This document shows, in pieces, positions 20,800 to 31,005 of a stretch of DNA of 54,370 bases (the first letter of the stretch is position 1; each line of letters opens with the position of its first letter). Position numbers and translations under genes: made by a program. The stretch lies in assembly GCA_023261505.1 (NCBI GenBank), contig JAHFOV010000005.1, positions 6,322 through 60,691 on the forward strand, read 5' to 3'. The notes under the pieces were generated by a model that was given only the letters and a program-made list of their open reading frames with translations, was not told the DNA's origin and made no database searches. This stretch comes from Planctomycetota bacterium (GTDB taxonomy: Bacteria > Planctomycetota > Brocadiia > Brocadiales > Bathyanammoxibiaceae).

Positions 20800-20866
20800 G
20801 TAGCCGCAACCTTTAGGTTGCGATATTTTGCGTGATTATCTTTCGCAGGCTAAAGCCTGCGGCTAC
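20800..20866. repeat. REP doublet, family B, empty form
   Basis: GTAGCCGCAACCTTTAGGTTGCG ... CGCAGGCTAAAGCCTGCGGCTAC. Confidence 0.85.
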
Positions 20867-20932
20867 AAGTTTCTGCCATAGTAATATTTGCGTTAGGCAC
20901 GGCCTGCGTCAATATATAGGAGAATATACTTT

Positions 20933-21757
20933 ATGATAAAGGAAGGCTTTGGCCTTATCGGCGCTGGAAAGATGGGAGAGGCCCTCTTGAGAGGGATCCT
21001 TAAGGCGGGCCTTGTAAGACCAGAGAATTTTGTAATTAATGACATTGACGTAAAAAAATGTAACGACCTTGTGAAGGAATTAGGAGTAAAATTTGTTGCC
21101 AATAGCAAAGCTGTGCCAGAAAAAGCGGGCTGCATCATTCTGGCGGTAAAGCCTCAAGATATAGAAAATGTACTTTCCAGTTTAAAAGAATCGGTAAGTC
21201 CTGAGGAACATCTCATAATCTCTATTGCTGCAGGCATACCTCTCCATATTCTGGAGAACCGCCTTAAACCGAATTGTAGAGTCATAAGGGTCATGCCCAA
21301 TGCAGCCTGCATGGTGGCCGAGGCAGCCTCATGCTACTGTCTGGGAAAAAACGCTACAGAGGCAGATGCCCTTTTAGCAGAAAAGGTACTCAACGCAGTG
21401 GGAAAGGCCTTCAAGGTGGAAGAAAAATACCTGGATGCGGTAACCGGTCTCAGTGGTAGTGGCCCAGCTTATGTGGCACTTATTGTTGAAGCCCTATCGG
21501 ATGGTGGAGTAAAGATGGGCCTGCCACGCGAGATTTCTACCCAGTTAGCCGCTCAGACCCTGCTTGGGGCCGCAAAGATGATGCTCAGCGGCTATCGTCC
21601 TGCACAGGTAAAGGACATTGTTACCTCCCCAGGAGGTACTACCATAGAGGGGCTACAAGTCCTTGAGGAAGGGGCCGTACGGGCCTCTATAATTGGCGCC
21701 GTAGAGGCCGCCACTCTGAAATCAAAGGCACTGGGGGAGAGGCTTTCAGAAAAGTAA
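20933..21757 (+). CDS. proC: Pyrroline-5-carboxylate reductase
   Basis: IGAGKMG, LAVKPQ, RVMPN, GLSGSGPAY, VTSPGGTT. Confidence 0.96.
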   Translation: MIKEGFGLIGAGKMGEALLRGILKAGLVRPENFVINDIDVKKCNDLVKELGVKFVANSKAVPEKAGCIILAVKPQDIENVLSSLKESVSPEEHLIISIAAGIPLHILENRLKPNCRVIRVMPNAACMVAEAASCYCLGKNATEADALLAEKVLNAVGKAFKVEEKYLDAVTGLSGSGPAYVALIVEALSDGGVKMGLPREISTQLAAQTLLGAAKMMLSGYRPAQVKDIVTSPGGTTIEGLQVLEEGAVRASIIGAVEAATLKSKALGERLSEK

Positions 21758-21893
21758 TGGCACGCCATGCCTGCCGGCTACCCTGGCGTTGACAACGGTC
21801 GTCTTTTGTTATAAATTTAATCTAGACTTTCGCTTATGTTGTATACATTAAAGACCTTCTGAGCCATAATGCAAAGGCAGATAGGTGAAAAGT

Positions 21894-22058
21894 ATGAGGT
21901 TTAAGGTAATAATAGAACCTGACGGGGATGGCTTCCATGCAAAGATACCTAGCCTTCCTGGTTGTGGTACGTGGGGGCGCACTGTCGAGGAGGCCCTTTC
22001 AAACATCAAAGAGTCTATAGAGTTGTATTTAGAACCTGAAGAGGTAACAAGTAGCTAA
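21894..22058 (+). CDS. HicB-family antitoxin-like small protein (54 aa)
   Basis: Not in the ORF track. MRFKVIIEPDGDGFHAKIPSLPGCGTWGRTVEEALSNIKESIELYLE is the classic HicB N-terminal pattern; AGGTG RBS upstream. Confidence 0.8.
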   Translation: MRFKVIIEPDGDGFHAKIPSLPGCGTWGRTVEEALSNIKESIELYLEPEEVTSS

Positions 22059-22066
22059 AGAAGTAG

Positions 22067-23308
22067 ATGGCTCTTATTGTCCAAAAATTTGGTGGCACCT
22101 CGGTAGCCGATGCGCAGAAAATAAAAAGGGCTGCTCAGAGGGTTGCTCAGGCCTACAAAGAGGGCAACCAGGTGGTGGTAGTAGTGTCTGCCATGGGGCG
22201 TACCACTGATGAGCTCTTCGACCTGGCCCATCAGATTACTGAAAGACCTCCGGCAAGGGAGATGGATATGCTGGCCTCTACGGGAGAGCAGATTTCCATT
22301 GCCCTAATGGCCATGGCCATTCATGCTTTAGGATACGAGGCCATATCTTTCACCGGAGGCCAGGTAGGCATTATTACAGACAGTCGCCACACCAAGGCCA
22401 GAATTCTAAAGATAGATACAAAAAGGATACTTCAAGAATTGGATAGCGGGCGGATAGTTGTGGTGGCTGGCTACCAAGGGGTGGATGCCTACAATAACAT
22501 CACCACCCTGGGCCGTGGAGGTTCAGACGCTACGGCCGTGGCCCTTGCGGCTAAGCTTAAGGCAGACATGTGCGACATCTTTACAGACGTAAATGGTATC
22601 TATACAGCAGACCCAAGGATAGTGCCTGAAGCCAGCAAATTGGAAAAGATTTCTTACGATGAACTGCTGGAGCTTGCCAGCCTGGGAGCCCAGGTGATGC
22701 AAGCCAGGAGCATAGAGTTTGCCAAAAAGTATAATGTACCTCTCAGGGTGAGACCCAGTTATAATGAATCTTTGGGAACCCTTGTTTGTCAGGAGGCTAA
22801 GGAGATGGAAGATATTGTAGTAAGCGGTGCGGCAGTAACCAAGGACGAGGCCAAATTAACCATTAGGGGAGTGCCAGATAGGCCAGGCGTAGCAGCAAGG
22901 CTTTTCGGGGAAATTGCACGTCATAATATAAATGTAGATATAATTATACAAAACATAGGTTCTCATGGAATGACAGATGTCACCTTCACTGTCCCCAAAG
23001 ACGACCTCCCGGAAGCCGTCGATGTCGCTAAAAGGATGAAGGAGGAACTCAAGGCCCAGGAGGTCAGCGCAGACAGCCACATAGCTAAACTCTCTGTGGT
23101 AGGAATCGGCATGAGGAGCCACTGTGGAGTAGCAGAGAAGATGTTCAGCGCGTTGGCCCAGGAAGGGATAAACATACAGATGATAAGTACCTCCGAAATA
23201 AAGATTTCATGTGTCATTGATGAGGCTCAGGCAGAGCGGGCCCTGAAGGCCGTTCACAAGGCCTTTGAACTCCACAAAGTGGGGGAAAGAACAGGGGTTA
23301 GGGGGTAG
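22067..23308 (+). CDS. lysC: Aspartate kinase
   Basis: VQKFGGTSV, TTLGRGGSD, two ACT domains, STSEIKIS. Confidence 0.96.
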   Translation: MALIVQKFGGTSVADAQKIKRAAQRVAQAYKEGNQVVVVVSAMGRTTDELFDLAHQITERPPAREMDMLASTGEQISIALMAMAIHALGYEAISFTGGQVGIITDSRHTKARILKIDTKRILQELDSGRIVVVAGYQGVDAYNNITTLGRGGSDATAVALAAKLKADMCDIFTDVNGIYTADPRIVPEASKLEKISYDELLELASLGAQVMQARSIEFAKKYNVPLRVRPSYNESLGTLVCQEAKEMEDIVVSGAAVTKDEAKLTIRGVPDRPGVAARLFGEIARHNINVDIIIQNIGSHGMTDVTFTVPKDDLPEAVDVAKRMKEELKAQEVSADSHIAKLSVVGIGMRSHCGVAEKMFSALAQEGINIQMISTSEIKISCVIDEAQAERALKAVHKAFELHKVGERTGVRG

Positions 23309-23405
23309 GGACTAGTGAAAATAAAGAATACAGAATTCAGTAGTCAGAATTCAGAATATTCTCTATTCTGTATTCTGAATTCTAGTTCCTGACCCCTAAC
23401 CCCTA
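23292..23405. repeat. Nested 7-nt arrays: GGGGTTA arms enclosing a CAGAATT hairpin
   Basis: CAGGGGT TAGGGGG TAGGGAC TAG [AGAATAC AGAATTC ... TATTCTG TATTCTG AATTC] TAGTTCC TGACCCC TAACCCC TA. Confidence 0.8.
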
Positions 23406-23415
23406 TTAATATGCC

Positions 23416-25011
23416 ATGAAAAACATAATAATTTATGATACCACCCTCAGGGACGGTGCCCAGGCTGAAGGTATCTCCTTCTCCCTACAGGATAAACTTA
23501 GCATCGCCTTTAAGCTCGATGAACTGGGGATGGATTACATTGAGGGGGGGTATCCTGCCTCTAACCCAAAGGATAGGCAATTTTTCAAGGAACTTCTATC
23601 CCACCCCTTAAGTCACACTATCCCGGTAGCCTTTGGAAGTACCCGCAGGGCGGATAAAAAGGCTGAAGAAGACCAGGGGCTACAGGCACTACTTAAGGCT
23701 GAGACGCAAACGGTGACAATTGTTGCCAAGGCCTGGGACCTCCATGTTAAGGAAGTGCTAAGGGTATCCCTGAAAGAAAACCTTAAGATGCTTTCTGAAA
23801 GTATTAACTTCCTGAGGGCTAACGGAAGGGAGGTCTTAGTAGACCTGGAACATTTTTTCCAGGGTTACAAGCACAACCCTGAGTATGCCCTTAAGGTACT
23901 GAAGGTAGCAGAGGAAAACGGGCCAAACACTCTGGTGCTTTGCGATACCAATGGTGGAAGTTTACCTGAAGAGATAGAAACGGCAGTAAAAAAGGCCAAA
24001 AGTCATGTAAAGACCCCCATTGGTATTCATGCACACAATGACGGAGATTTGGCGGTGGCTAACACACTGGTAGCTGTAACGGCCGGAGCAAGCCACGTTC
24101 AAGGCACCATCAACGGCTTTGGAGAACGATGCGGTAACGCCGACCTCTGCTCTATAATCCCTAATCTGGTATTAAAATTTGGCTATCAATGTCTCGGTCC
24201 TGATAGACTCAAAAAACTCACGGAGGTATCAAAATACGTAAATGAGGTCTCCAATCTCAACCCACAACCAAACCAGCCCTTTGTAGGTCCAAGCGCCTTT
24301 GCTCATAAAGGGGGATTACACGTGGACGCCATGAGAAAGCATGAGGCCACTTACGAACACATCTCCCCTGAGGCCGTTGGCAATGAACGGCGTATACTAC
24401 TCTCCGAGCTATCTGGAAGTTCCACTATACTCGCCAAGATAGAGAAGTATAACATCACCCACGAAAAGGAACTCATGAGGAAGATACTAAGAGAGGTCCA
24501 GGAAAGGGAGAACCAGGGATACCACTACGAATCCGCCGAAGCCTCCTTTGAAATCCTGGTAAAGAAGCTATTAGGAAAGCATAGAAAATTCTTTGACCTT
24601 GAAGGTTACAGAACCATTGTGGAGAAGCGGAAGGGAAGGCCGGTTACAGAGGCTACGGTCAAAATAAGGGTGAACGGAGTGGAAGAGCTCACGGTAGCAG
24701 AAGGGGAAGGTCCCGTGAATGCCCTTGATACCGCCTTGCGAAAGGCCCTAGGGGGACACTACCCCAGCGTTAAAGAGACCCAACTGGTAGATTACAAGGT
24801 GAGAGTAATCAACACAAGGGAAGGCACCGCCGCTAGGGTACGAGTGATAATCCAGACTAGAGACCACCAGAACCTCTGGGGCACCGTGGGGGTCTCTGAA
24901 AACATTATAGAAGCAAGCTGGCAGGCACTTGTGGACAGCATAGAATATAAACTCTTCAAAGAGGAAGAGAAGCACTTATCCTCTCTACAACCACTTAAAG
25001 CTAATACATGA
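23416..25011 (+). CDS. cimA: Citramalate synthase
   Basis: YDTTLRDGAQAEG, HAHND, AFAHKGGLH, WGTVGVSENIIEASW. Confidence 0.9.
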   Translation: MKNIIIYDTTLRDGAQAEGISFSLQDKLSIAFKLDELGMDYIEGGYPASNPKDRQFFKELLSHPLSHTIPVAFGSTRRADKKAEEDQGLQALLKAETQTVTIVAKAWDLHVKEVLRVSLKENLKMLSESINFLRANGREVLVDLEHFFQGYKHNPEYALKVLKVAEENGPNTLVLCDTNGGSLPEEIETAVKKAKSHVKTPIGIHAHNDGDLAVANTLVAVTAGASHVQGTINGFGERCGNADLCSIIPNLVLKFGYQCLGPDRLKKLTEVSKYVNEVSNLNPQPNQPFVGPSAFAHKGGLHVDAMRKHEATYEHISPEAVGNERRILLSELSGSSTILAKIEKYNITHEKELMRKILREVQERENQGYHYESAEASFEILVKKLLGKHRKFFDLEGYRTIVEKRKGRPVTEATVKIRVNGVEELTVAEGEGPVNALDTALRKALGGHYPSVKETQLVDYKVRVINTREGTAARVRVIIQTRDHQNLWGTVGVSENIIEASWQALVDSIEYKLFKEEEKHLSSLQPLKANT

Positions 25012-27671
25012 CAGTAACACCTTCCACAAGATATAACCCAAAGGAAGTCGAAGACAGGTGGTATGCCTACTGGGAGGAAAAGGGCTATTTCCACAGCGAA
25101 CCCGATTCTAAAAGAAAGAGCTTCACAATTGTAATTCCCCCTCCAAATATAACGGGCGTCCTCCACATGGGGCACGCCCTGAACTGCATCCTGCAGGACG
25201 TACTTATCCGCTGGAGGCGCATGCAGGGATATAACACACTGTGGATGCCCGGAACCGACCACGCAGGAATTGCCACCCAAAATGTCGTTGAGAGAGAACT
25301 GCTCCAGAAGGGACTCCGTCGCCAGGACTTGGGCAGGGAGAAATTTGTTGAGGCCGTCTGGAAATGGCGGGAAGAATATGGCTCTACCATAATAAAACAG
25401 CTCAAGAAGATAGGAAGTTCCTGCGACTGGCAGAGGGAGCGCTTCACTATGGATCAAGGTCTCTCAATGGCCGTTAGAGAGGCCTTCTTAAGATTATGGA
25501 AGAAAGGCCTCATATACAAAGGCAAGTATATCATTAACTGGTGTCCAAGGTGTCAGACTGCCCTGGCCGATGACGAGGTGGACCATGATACCCACGAGGG
25601 CTTTCTATGGTATCTCAGGTACCCCTTCAAAGACGCACCTCACCTGAGCATTACAGTTGCTACAACCAGGCCTGAGACCATGCTAGGAGACGTGGCAGTA
25701 GCGGTAAATCCTAGCGATGAGCGCTACAAGGAATTTGTAGGCGAGAAGCTCCTGCTGCCTATTGTGGAGAGGGAGATACCCATCATTGCAGACGAGATGG
25801 TGGACAAAGAATTTGGCACGGGAGCCGTGAAGGTTACCCCTGCCCATGACCCTAACGACTTTGAGATGTCCCTGCGCCACCACCTCCAACCACTCATCGT
25901 TATGGCAGAGGATGGAACCATGAATACCCAGGCAGGGGAATTTTCCGGTATGGATAGATTTGAGTGCAGAGAGGCCCTGGTAGAGGAATTAAGGCAGAAA
26001 AAACTCCTTGCAAAGATAGAACTCTATTCCTACTCTGTGGGACACTGCTATCGCTGCCATACAGTTATAGAGCCTTACCTCTCAGACCAGTGGTTCGTCA
26101 GGATGAAACCCCTTGCCCAGGCCGCCATTAAAGCCACCGAAGAGGGCAGGGTAACCTTTTATCCAGAGAGATGGACTAAGGTCTATCTAAACTGGCTGGA
26201 AAACGTGAGAGACTGGTGCATCTCTCGCCAGATATGGTGGGGGCATCAAATTCCTGCCTGGTATTGTAAGGACTGCGGACATATAAATGTTGCCATAGAA
26301 AACCCCGGTGCGTGTACCCAATGCAAGGGTAAGAACCTGCAGCAAGATTTAGATGTATTGGATACCTGGTTCAGTTCGGCCTTATGGCCTTTCTCTACCC
26401 TGGGCTGGCCAGAAGAAGCCCCAGAACTTAAGACCTACTATCCCACCAGCGTCCTGGTCACTGGAAGGGATATCCTTTACTTCTGGGTGGCGAGGATGGT
26501 GATGATGGGATTGGAGATGCTGGGGGAAGAACCTTTCGGGAAGGTTTATATCCACGGCACTATACTGGACGAACAAGGTAGAAGAATGAGCAAATCCCTC
26601 GGCAATGGGATTGACCCCCTTGAGATGATAGAACGTTATGGGACAGACGCCGTGCGTATGTCCCTGCTGCTCCTTACCACAGAAGGACAGGACATAAAGC
26701 TCTCGGAGACAAAGTTTGGAATGGGGCGAAACTTCACTAACAAGATATGGAACGCTGCCAGGTTTGTTATCATGCAATTCAATCAATCTGAAATCGACCA
26801 GCCACCGTACCCTGTTGAAGGAGTATCTATGGCTTTTGAGGACAGATGGATCCTTAGCCGTCTAAGCAATGCTGTTACAAGCACTACAGAAGCCCTAGAA
26901 CATTTCAAGTTCAATGAAGCCCTACAAACCGTTTATGATTTCTTCTGGCATGACCTTTGCGATTGGTACCTGGAAATAATAAAACCAAGGCTTTACGAGC
27001 CTGAAAACCAAGCAGATAAGAAGTCTGCCCTTTCTACATTGTTCAATGTCTTCCATAACACCCTGAGGCTTCTCCATCCCTTTGCCCCGTTCCTTACTGA
27101 GGAGATATGGTCTTCCGTAAGTAAAAAGGGCACCATCCTATTAGAAGAGAATCTGATTATAGCTAAATGGCCAGAAGCTGGACCGAAAGACTTAGAAATC
27201 GAGAAGACCATGGAACTCCTACAGGAGTTGGTAAAAGCCGTTAGAAACATAAGGCGAAATTTTAATATACCCGATAGACAATCGTTAAAGGCAATTATAT
27301 CATCACCTGGAGTTTCAGAAGCCGAGAGTTTGAAGAACTTCAGCAATTTTCTCAAACAAAGGGCCTACCTGGAAGAGCTAGCGATTGGCCTTAATCTAGT
27401 CAGGCCAGATTCTTCCGCCAGCGCTGTTGTAGGGGCATTCCAGCTTTTTATACCCCTGGCAGGTATCATTGATGTGGAGGCGGAGAAGATACGTCAGGAT
27501 AAACAACTTCACCAACTAGAGGAGTATCTCCAAAAGGTAAAGAAAAAACTTTCTAGCAAAAACTTCCTCGAAAAAGCCCCTCCTGAGGTGGTGGAGAAGG
27601 AACAGACAAAGGAAAAGGAACTCGACGAACAGATTAGAAGATTGAGACTTGTCCTCGCCGAACTCAAATGA
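25008..27671 (+). CDS. valS: Valine--tRNA ligase
   Basis: PPPNITGVLHMGH, GTDHAGIATQ, WCISRQIWWGH, RMSKS, C-terminal coiled coil. Confidence 0.97.
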   Translation: MTVTPSTRYNPKEVEDRWYAYWEEKGYFHSEPDSKRKSFTIVIPPPNITGVLHMGHALNCILQDVLIRWRRMQGYNTLWMPGTDHAGIATQNVVERELLQKGLRRQDLGREKFVEAVWKWREEYGSTIIKQLKKIGSSCDWQRERFTMDQGLSMAVREAFLRLWKKGLIYKGKYIINWCPRCQTALADDEVDHDTHEGFLWYLRYPFKDAPHLSITVATTRPETMLGDVAVAVNPSDERYKEFVGEKLLLPIVEREIPIIADEMVDKEFGTGAVKVTPAHDPNDFEMSLRHHLQPLIVMAEDGTMNTQAGEFSGMDRFECREALVEELRQKKLLAKIELYSYSVGHCYRCHTVIEPYLSDQWFVRMKPLAQAAIKATEEGRVTFYPERWTKVYLNWLENVRDWCISRQIWWGHQIPAWYCKDCGHINVAIENPGACTQCKGKNLQQDLDVLDTWFSSALWPFSTLGWPEEAPELKTYYPTSVLVTGRDILYFWVARMVMMGLEMLGEEPFGKVYIHGTILDEQGRRMSKSLGNGIDPLEMIERYGTDAVRMSLLLLTTEGQDIKLSETKFGMGRNFTNKIWNAARFVIMQFNQSEIDQPPYPVEGVSMAFEDRWILSRLSNAVTSTTEALEHFKFNEALQTVYDFFWHDLCDWYLEIIKPRLYEPENQADKKSALSTLFNVFHNTLRLLHPFAPFLTEEIWSSVSKKGTILLEENLIIAKWPEAGPKDLEIEKTMELLQELVKAVRNIRRNFNIPDRQSLKAIISSPGVSEAESLKNFSNFLKQRAYLEELAIGLNLVRPDSSASAVVGAFQLFIPLAGIIDVEAEKIRQDKQLHQLEEYLQKVKKKLSSKNFLEKAPPEVVEKEQTKEKELDEQIRRLRLVLAELK

Positions 27672-29044
27672 CGCAGTTCTTGCCCCTTCTCTTTAGTGCC
27701 TACTACTTACGCAGGCTGAAGCCTGCGGCTACTTACTGCTTACTGCTTACTGCCTACTGTCTACTGTCTACTGTCTACTGCTTTGCAGAGGAGGCCCTTA
27801 AGATATGCCCAAAGTGCTTCAAGAGCTACCCTGCCGAGAGCAACTTCTGCTCGGTAGATGGAGAGAAGCTGATTACTGCAGTCTCTAAACTAGTGTGTCC
27901 CAAATGTGGCAGGAGGGGCGAAACTGGAGAGAAATTCTGCCCACAGGACGGAGAAAAACTGGTACCAGAGGGAGAAGAAGGGATAGAAAAAAAGAGGCTG
28001 GAGGCCTTGAAACATTATGAGGAAGGAAACCGCCTGTCAGACCAAAAGGAATATGACAAAGCCCTGGAAGAGTATTTAGCGGCAGAAAGGCTCTACGAGG
28101 AGCTGCCTGAACTCCATTACAACATCGGTTGGCTATACAGCAAGCTAGGCGCTGCAGAAGAGGCAATAAAACACATGAAGAGATATATAGCCCTTAAACC
28201 CCAGGCTGCGGATATAAACGATGCACTTGTTTATATTAATCTCCTCCAGAAGGGCATTGACGAGGCACAAAAGAGAAGTACTACTCTTCAGGACAGAAAC
28301 GAGGCCATGGAAAATGCGCTGGCAAAAAACAGAGAAAAATGGGATATGGTTCTCGTGGGAGCCGGGGAATTTATTATGGGCTCAGATGACCAGAGAGACG
28401 ATTGTTACCCAAACCATAATGTGTATCTTCCCGCCTTTTACATTGACCGTTACGAGGTAACCAACGCCCAGTACTATGAATTCCTTGAGTATATAAAAAA
28501 GACAGGAGACCACAGCAAATGCCATAGGGATGAACCTCCTGGAAAAGACCACACGCCCAGGAACTGGGAAGACAGCTATTATGACAACCCAGATTTCCCT
28601 GTTACAAGGATAGACTGGTACGATGCCTACGCTTACGCCGCCTGGGCAGGCAAGCGCCTTCCCACAGAGGCTGAGTGGGAAAAGGCAGCCAGGGGGCCAA
28701 ATGGTAACCGCTTCCCCTGGGGAAACGAGTGGAATCCCGAAAACTGTAATGTGGGGGGGGAGCAGAAGCCTGTGGGGAGTTATCCGCAAGGAGTCAGCCC
28801 CTATGGATGCCATGACATGGCAGGAAGTGTGGCAGAATGGGTGGCCGATTGGTATGACCCTGAATACTATCAAAGAAGTCACTCCAATAACCCCCAGGGC
28901 CCAGAAAAAGGGGTAAAAAAGGTCATTAGAGGTGGCTCGCGTTTCGGCAGGGGCTTCCTGCTCCGCTCCACCGCGCGCAAGTGCGAGGCCCCTAACATTC
29001 ATAACCAGGCCGTAGGCTTCCGCTGTGTCAAAAAACCTTCCTAA
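27668..29044 (+). CDS. Exported protein: double zinc ribbon + TPR + FGE-sulfatase (SUMF1) domain
   Basis: CPKC...FC..DG twice, TPR, YEVTNAQY, RLPTEAEWEKAARG, DMAGSVAEW, GFRC. Confidence 0.88.
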   Translation: MTQFLPLLFSAYYLRRLKPAATYCLLLTAYCLLSTVYCFAEEALKICPKCFKSYPAESNFCSVDGEKLITAVSKLVCPKCGRRGETGEKFCPQDGEKLVPEGEEGIEKKRLEALKHYEEGNRLSDQKEYDKALEEYLAAERLYEELPELHYNIGWLYSKLGAAEEAIKHMKRYIALKPQAADINDALVYINLLQKGIDEAQKRSTTLQDRNEAMENALAKNREKWDMVLVGAGEFIMGSDDQRDDCYPNHNVYLPAFYIDRYEVTNAQYYEFLEYIKKTGDHSKCHRDEPPGKDHTPRNWEDSYYDNPDFPVTRIDWYDAYAYAAWAGKRLPTEAEWEKAARGPNGNRFPWGNEWNPENCNVGGEQKPVGSYPQGVSPYGCHDMAGSVAEWVADWYDPEYYQRSHSNNPQGPEKGVKKVIRGGSRFGRGFLLRSTARKCEAPNIHNQAVGFRCVKKPS

Positions 29045-29139
29045 ATTAGAAATTAATTAGAGCTAGATTCAATTTGTATTACTACGGGGTTGGAATTGGT
29101 AGCTTCTTCTATCAGGGTAACTTTGGGTCTCCTGACTGC

Positions 29140-29220
29140 TTCCCCCTCCCTTGAAGGGAGGGGGAAGGGGGAGGGTGACATTCACCCCCACCCCACCCTC
29201 CCCCATCAAGAGGGAGGGAA
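29140..29220. repeat. G/C-run REP-like doublet
   Basis: TCCCCCTCCCTTGAAGGGAGGGGGAAGGGGGAGGGTG ... CACCCCCACCCCACCCTCCCCCATCAAGAGGGAGGGAA, intergenic. Confidence 0.7.
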
Positions 29221-29253
29221 TTTGTGTTACCACTTTTTAAGACGCTTCTGTCC

Positions 29254-30018
29254 ATGGGAATACTGTCCAAGATATTAGGTACAGACGGGTTAATCCCTTT
29301 TGAAAAGCAAACCCTTACCCGTCAACACTGGCACAGCGTACAGGGCAAGTTTGTACGTGAAGTGGTCTTCGGTATGAACGATGGCATGGTGGAGACCCTG
29401 GGGTTCGTAACCGGCGTCTTTGGGGCGGTGGCCTCAAATAAGATTATAGTAATCACTGGACTTGCCCAGATCCTGGCGGGGTCTATTTCCATGGGCATCG
29501 GGGCCTACCTCTCTCAGAAGGCCTATGCCGAATTCTATGCACGTGAGGAAGAAACTGAAAGAAAGGAGATGGAAATGGCGCCAGAAGAGGAAGGGGATGA
29601 GATAAAAGCCATCTTCCGAAAAAAGGGGTTCAAGGGGGAGGAACTGGAGATGGTTGTCCGGAGAATAATCTCCAATAAAGAGGTTTGGTTACAAACCATG
29701 ATGGAACAGGAACTGGGCCTTACTAAAGAAGGTTATACAGACCCTTTAAAGTCCGGGTTAGTTACGGGTTTTTCCTATTTTGCTGGTGCAATCCCCCCAC
29801 TAGCTCCTTACTTCTTCTTTGGTGGTTTCGAGTCTTTTTTTCTCTCTATATTTTTCTCGTTAATTTTCTTATTTATAGTGGGTAGTATAAGGGGCCGCTG
29901 GATTGGAAGGGAGTGGTGGTGGAAGGGGCTTGAGATGGTAGGCTTTGGAGGAGGGGCGGTAATTGTGACTTACTACATCGGCAGGGTCATATCTTTAGTT
30001 TTTGGAGTTGGGGTTTAA
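29254..30018 (+). CDS. VIT1/CCC1 family Fe/Mn transporter
   Basis: VFGMNDG, AGSISMGIGAYLS, MMEQELG; ATG 29254 preferred. Confidence 0.9.
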   Translation: MGILSKILGTDGLIPFEKQTLTRQHWHSVQGKFVREVVFGMNDGMVETLGFVTGVFGAVASNKIIVITGLAQILAGSISMGIGAYLSQKAYAEFYAREEETERKEMEMAPEEEGDEIKAIFRKKGFKGEELEMVVRRIISNKEVWLQTMMEQELGLTKEGYTDPLKSGLVTGFSYFAGAIPPLAPYFFFGGFESFFLSIFFSLIFLFIVGSIRGRWIGREWWWKGLEMVGFGGGAVIVTYYIGRVISLVFGVGV

Positions 30019-30042
30019 TCCCTAGCTAGGCGATGCGTCTTC

Positions 30043-31005
30043 ATGGCTAATCTAATCCTGCGTGTAAATGGCGTACTCCCTGCCTTTATGCAGGAGATGG
30101 GTCATTACCATAAGAGGGCAGAAGAATTGGCCCAGAAGGCCTGGCCTCTGGTCAATACTTCCTGTTCCTTATTCATAGAGAACGGCGGACACCCCCTGTT
30201 TCATCTATTAGTGGATATTGGTTCTGGAGTTGTCGAAAGCCTTCTAAAGTACGAGTATACAAAGAGACTTAAAATTCCTGGGTATAAGCTGAGGCCACCG
30301 GACTGCCTTCTGTTTACTCATTCACATCCAGACCACTGCGTAGAACTTTATATACTGCTAGAAGGATTAATGAGGAGGAGGCCCCAGGCACAATATAAGA
30401 ACTGGAAACTACCACTAATAGGAACGCCAAGGTGCCTAGACACACTTATCGAAAGGTTTTTCTGGCTTAAACCTCATTTAGAGCCAAAGGCGGTAGATTT
30501 CGATCAGTCTTCGGAAATACCTATAAAAGGTGTTGGGAACATTTCTTTGACCGCCATTGAGGTCTGCCACGCTGAACATGCACCAGGGGCTGCAATATAT
30601 CTGCTGAAGTGCAATGGTAAGAAGATACTCTTTGGCTGGGATTTCCTTTCTATAAAGGGGAATGCTAACAGCCTTCTGGCTGGGGCTGATATAGCCTTCC
30701 TGGACGGTAACACATGGAACCCGCACCCCGAGACGGGTCACATCTCCATAACGGAGGGACTGGAATTGGTGAGGCTTTGGCAACCAAGACATACCTTTTT
30801 CATACACTACAGCGGTTATGAAGATCAGGAGGATGAGGACAAAGGCTTACCTGGACCGATGACTACAGCGGAATTAGAGACGAGAATAGCTGAGGTTACC
30901 TCTCACTGGGATTGGCCTCCTCACAGAATACAGATGGCTAGACCAGGGATGGAAATTCATCTCAAGGAGAATCAAGGCCCAGAGGTGTTTTATGCTGAAC
31001 TTTGA
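30043..31005 (+). CDS. MBL-fold metallo-hydrolase
   Basis: THSHPDH motif with downstream H/D ligands (TGH, IHYS). Confidence 0.82.
   Translation: MANLILRVNGVLPAFMQEMGHYHKRAEELAQKAWPLVNTSCSLFIENGGHPLFHLLVDIGSGVVESLLKYEYTKRLKIPGYKLRPPDCLLFTHSHPDHCVELYILLEGLMRRRPQAQYKNWKLPLIGTPRCLDTLIERFFWLKPHLEPKAVDFDQSSEIPIKGVGNISLTAIEVCHAEHAPGAAIYLLKCNGKKILFGWDFLSIKGNANSLLAGADIAFLDGNTWNPHPETGHISITEGLELVRLWQPRHTFFIHYSGYEDQEDEDKGLPGPMTTAELETRIAEVTSHWDWPPHRIQMARPGMEIHLKENQGPEVFYAEL

Noticed and set aside
21757-22066. Lysine riboswitch upstream of lysC
   Set aside because: The space is occupied by the HicB-like gene, and no L-box consensus was seen.
29090-29278. 62-aa ORF containing SPSLEGRGKGEG/PHPTLPHQ
   Set aside because: Read-through of an intergenic G/C-run palindrome.
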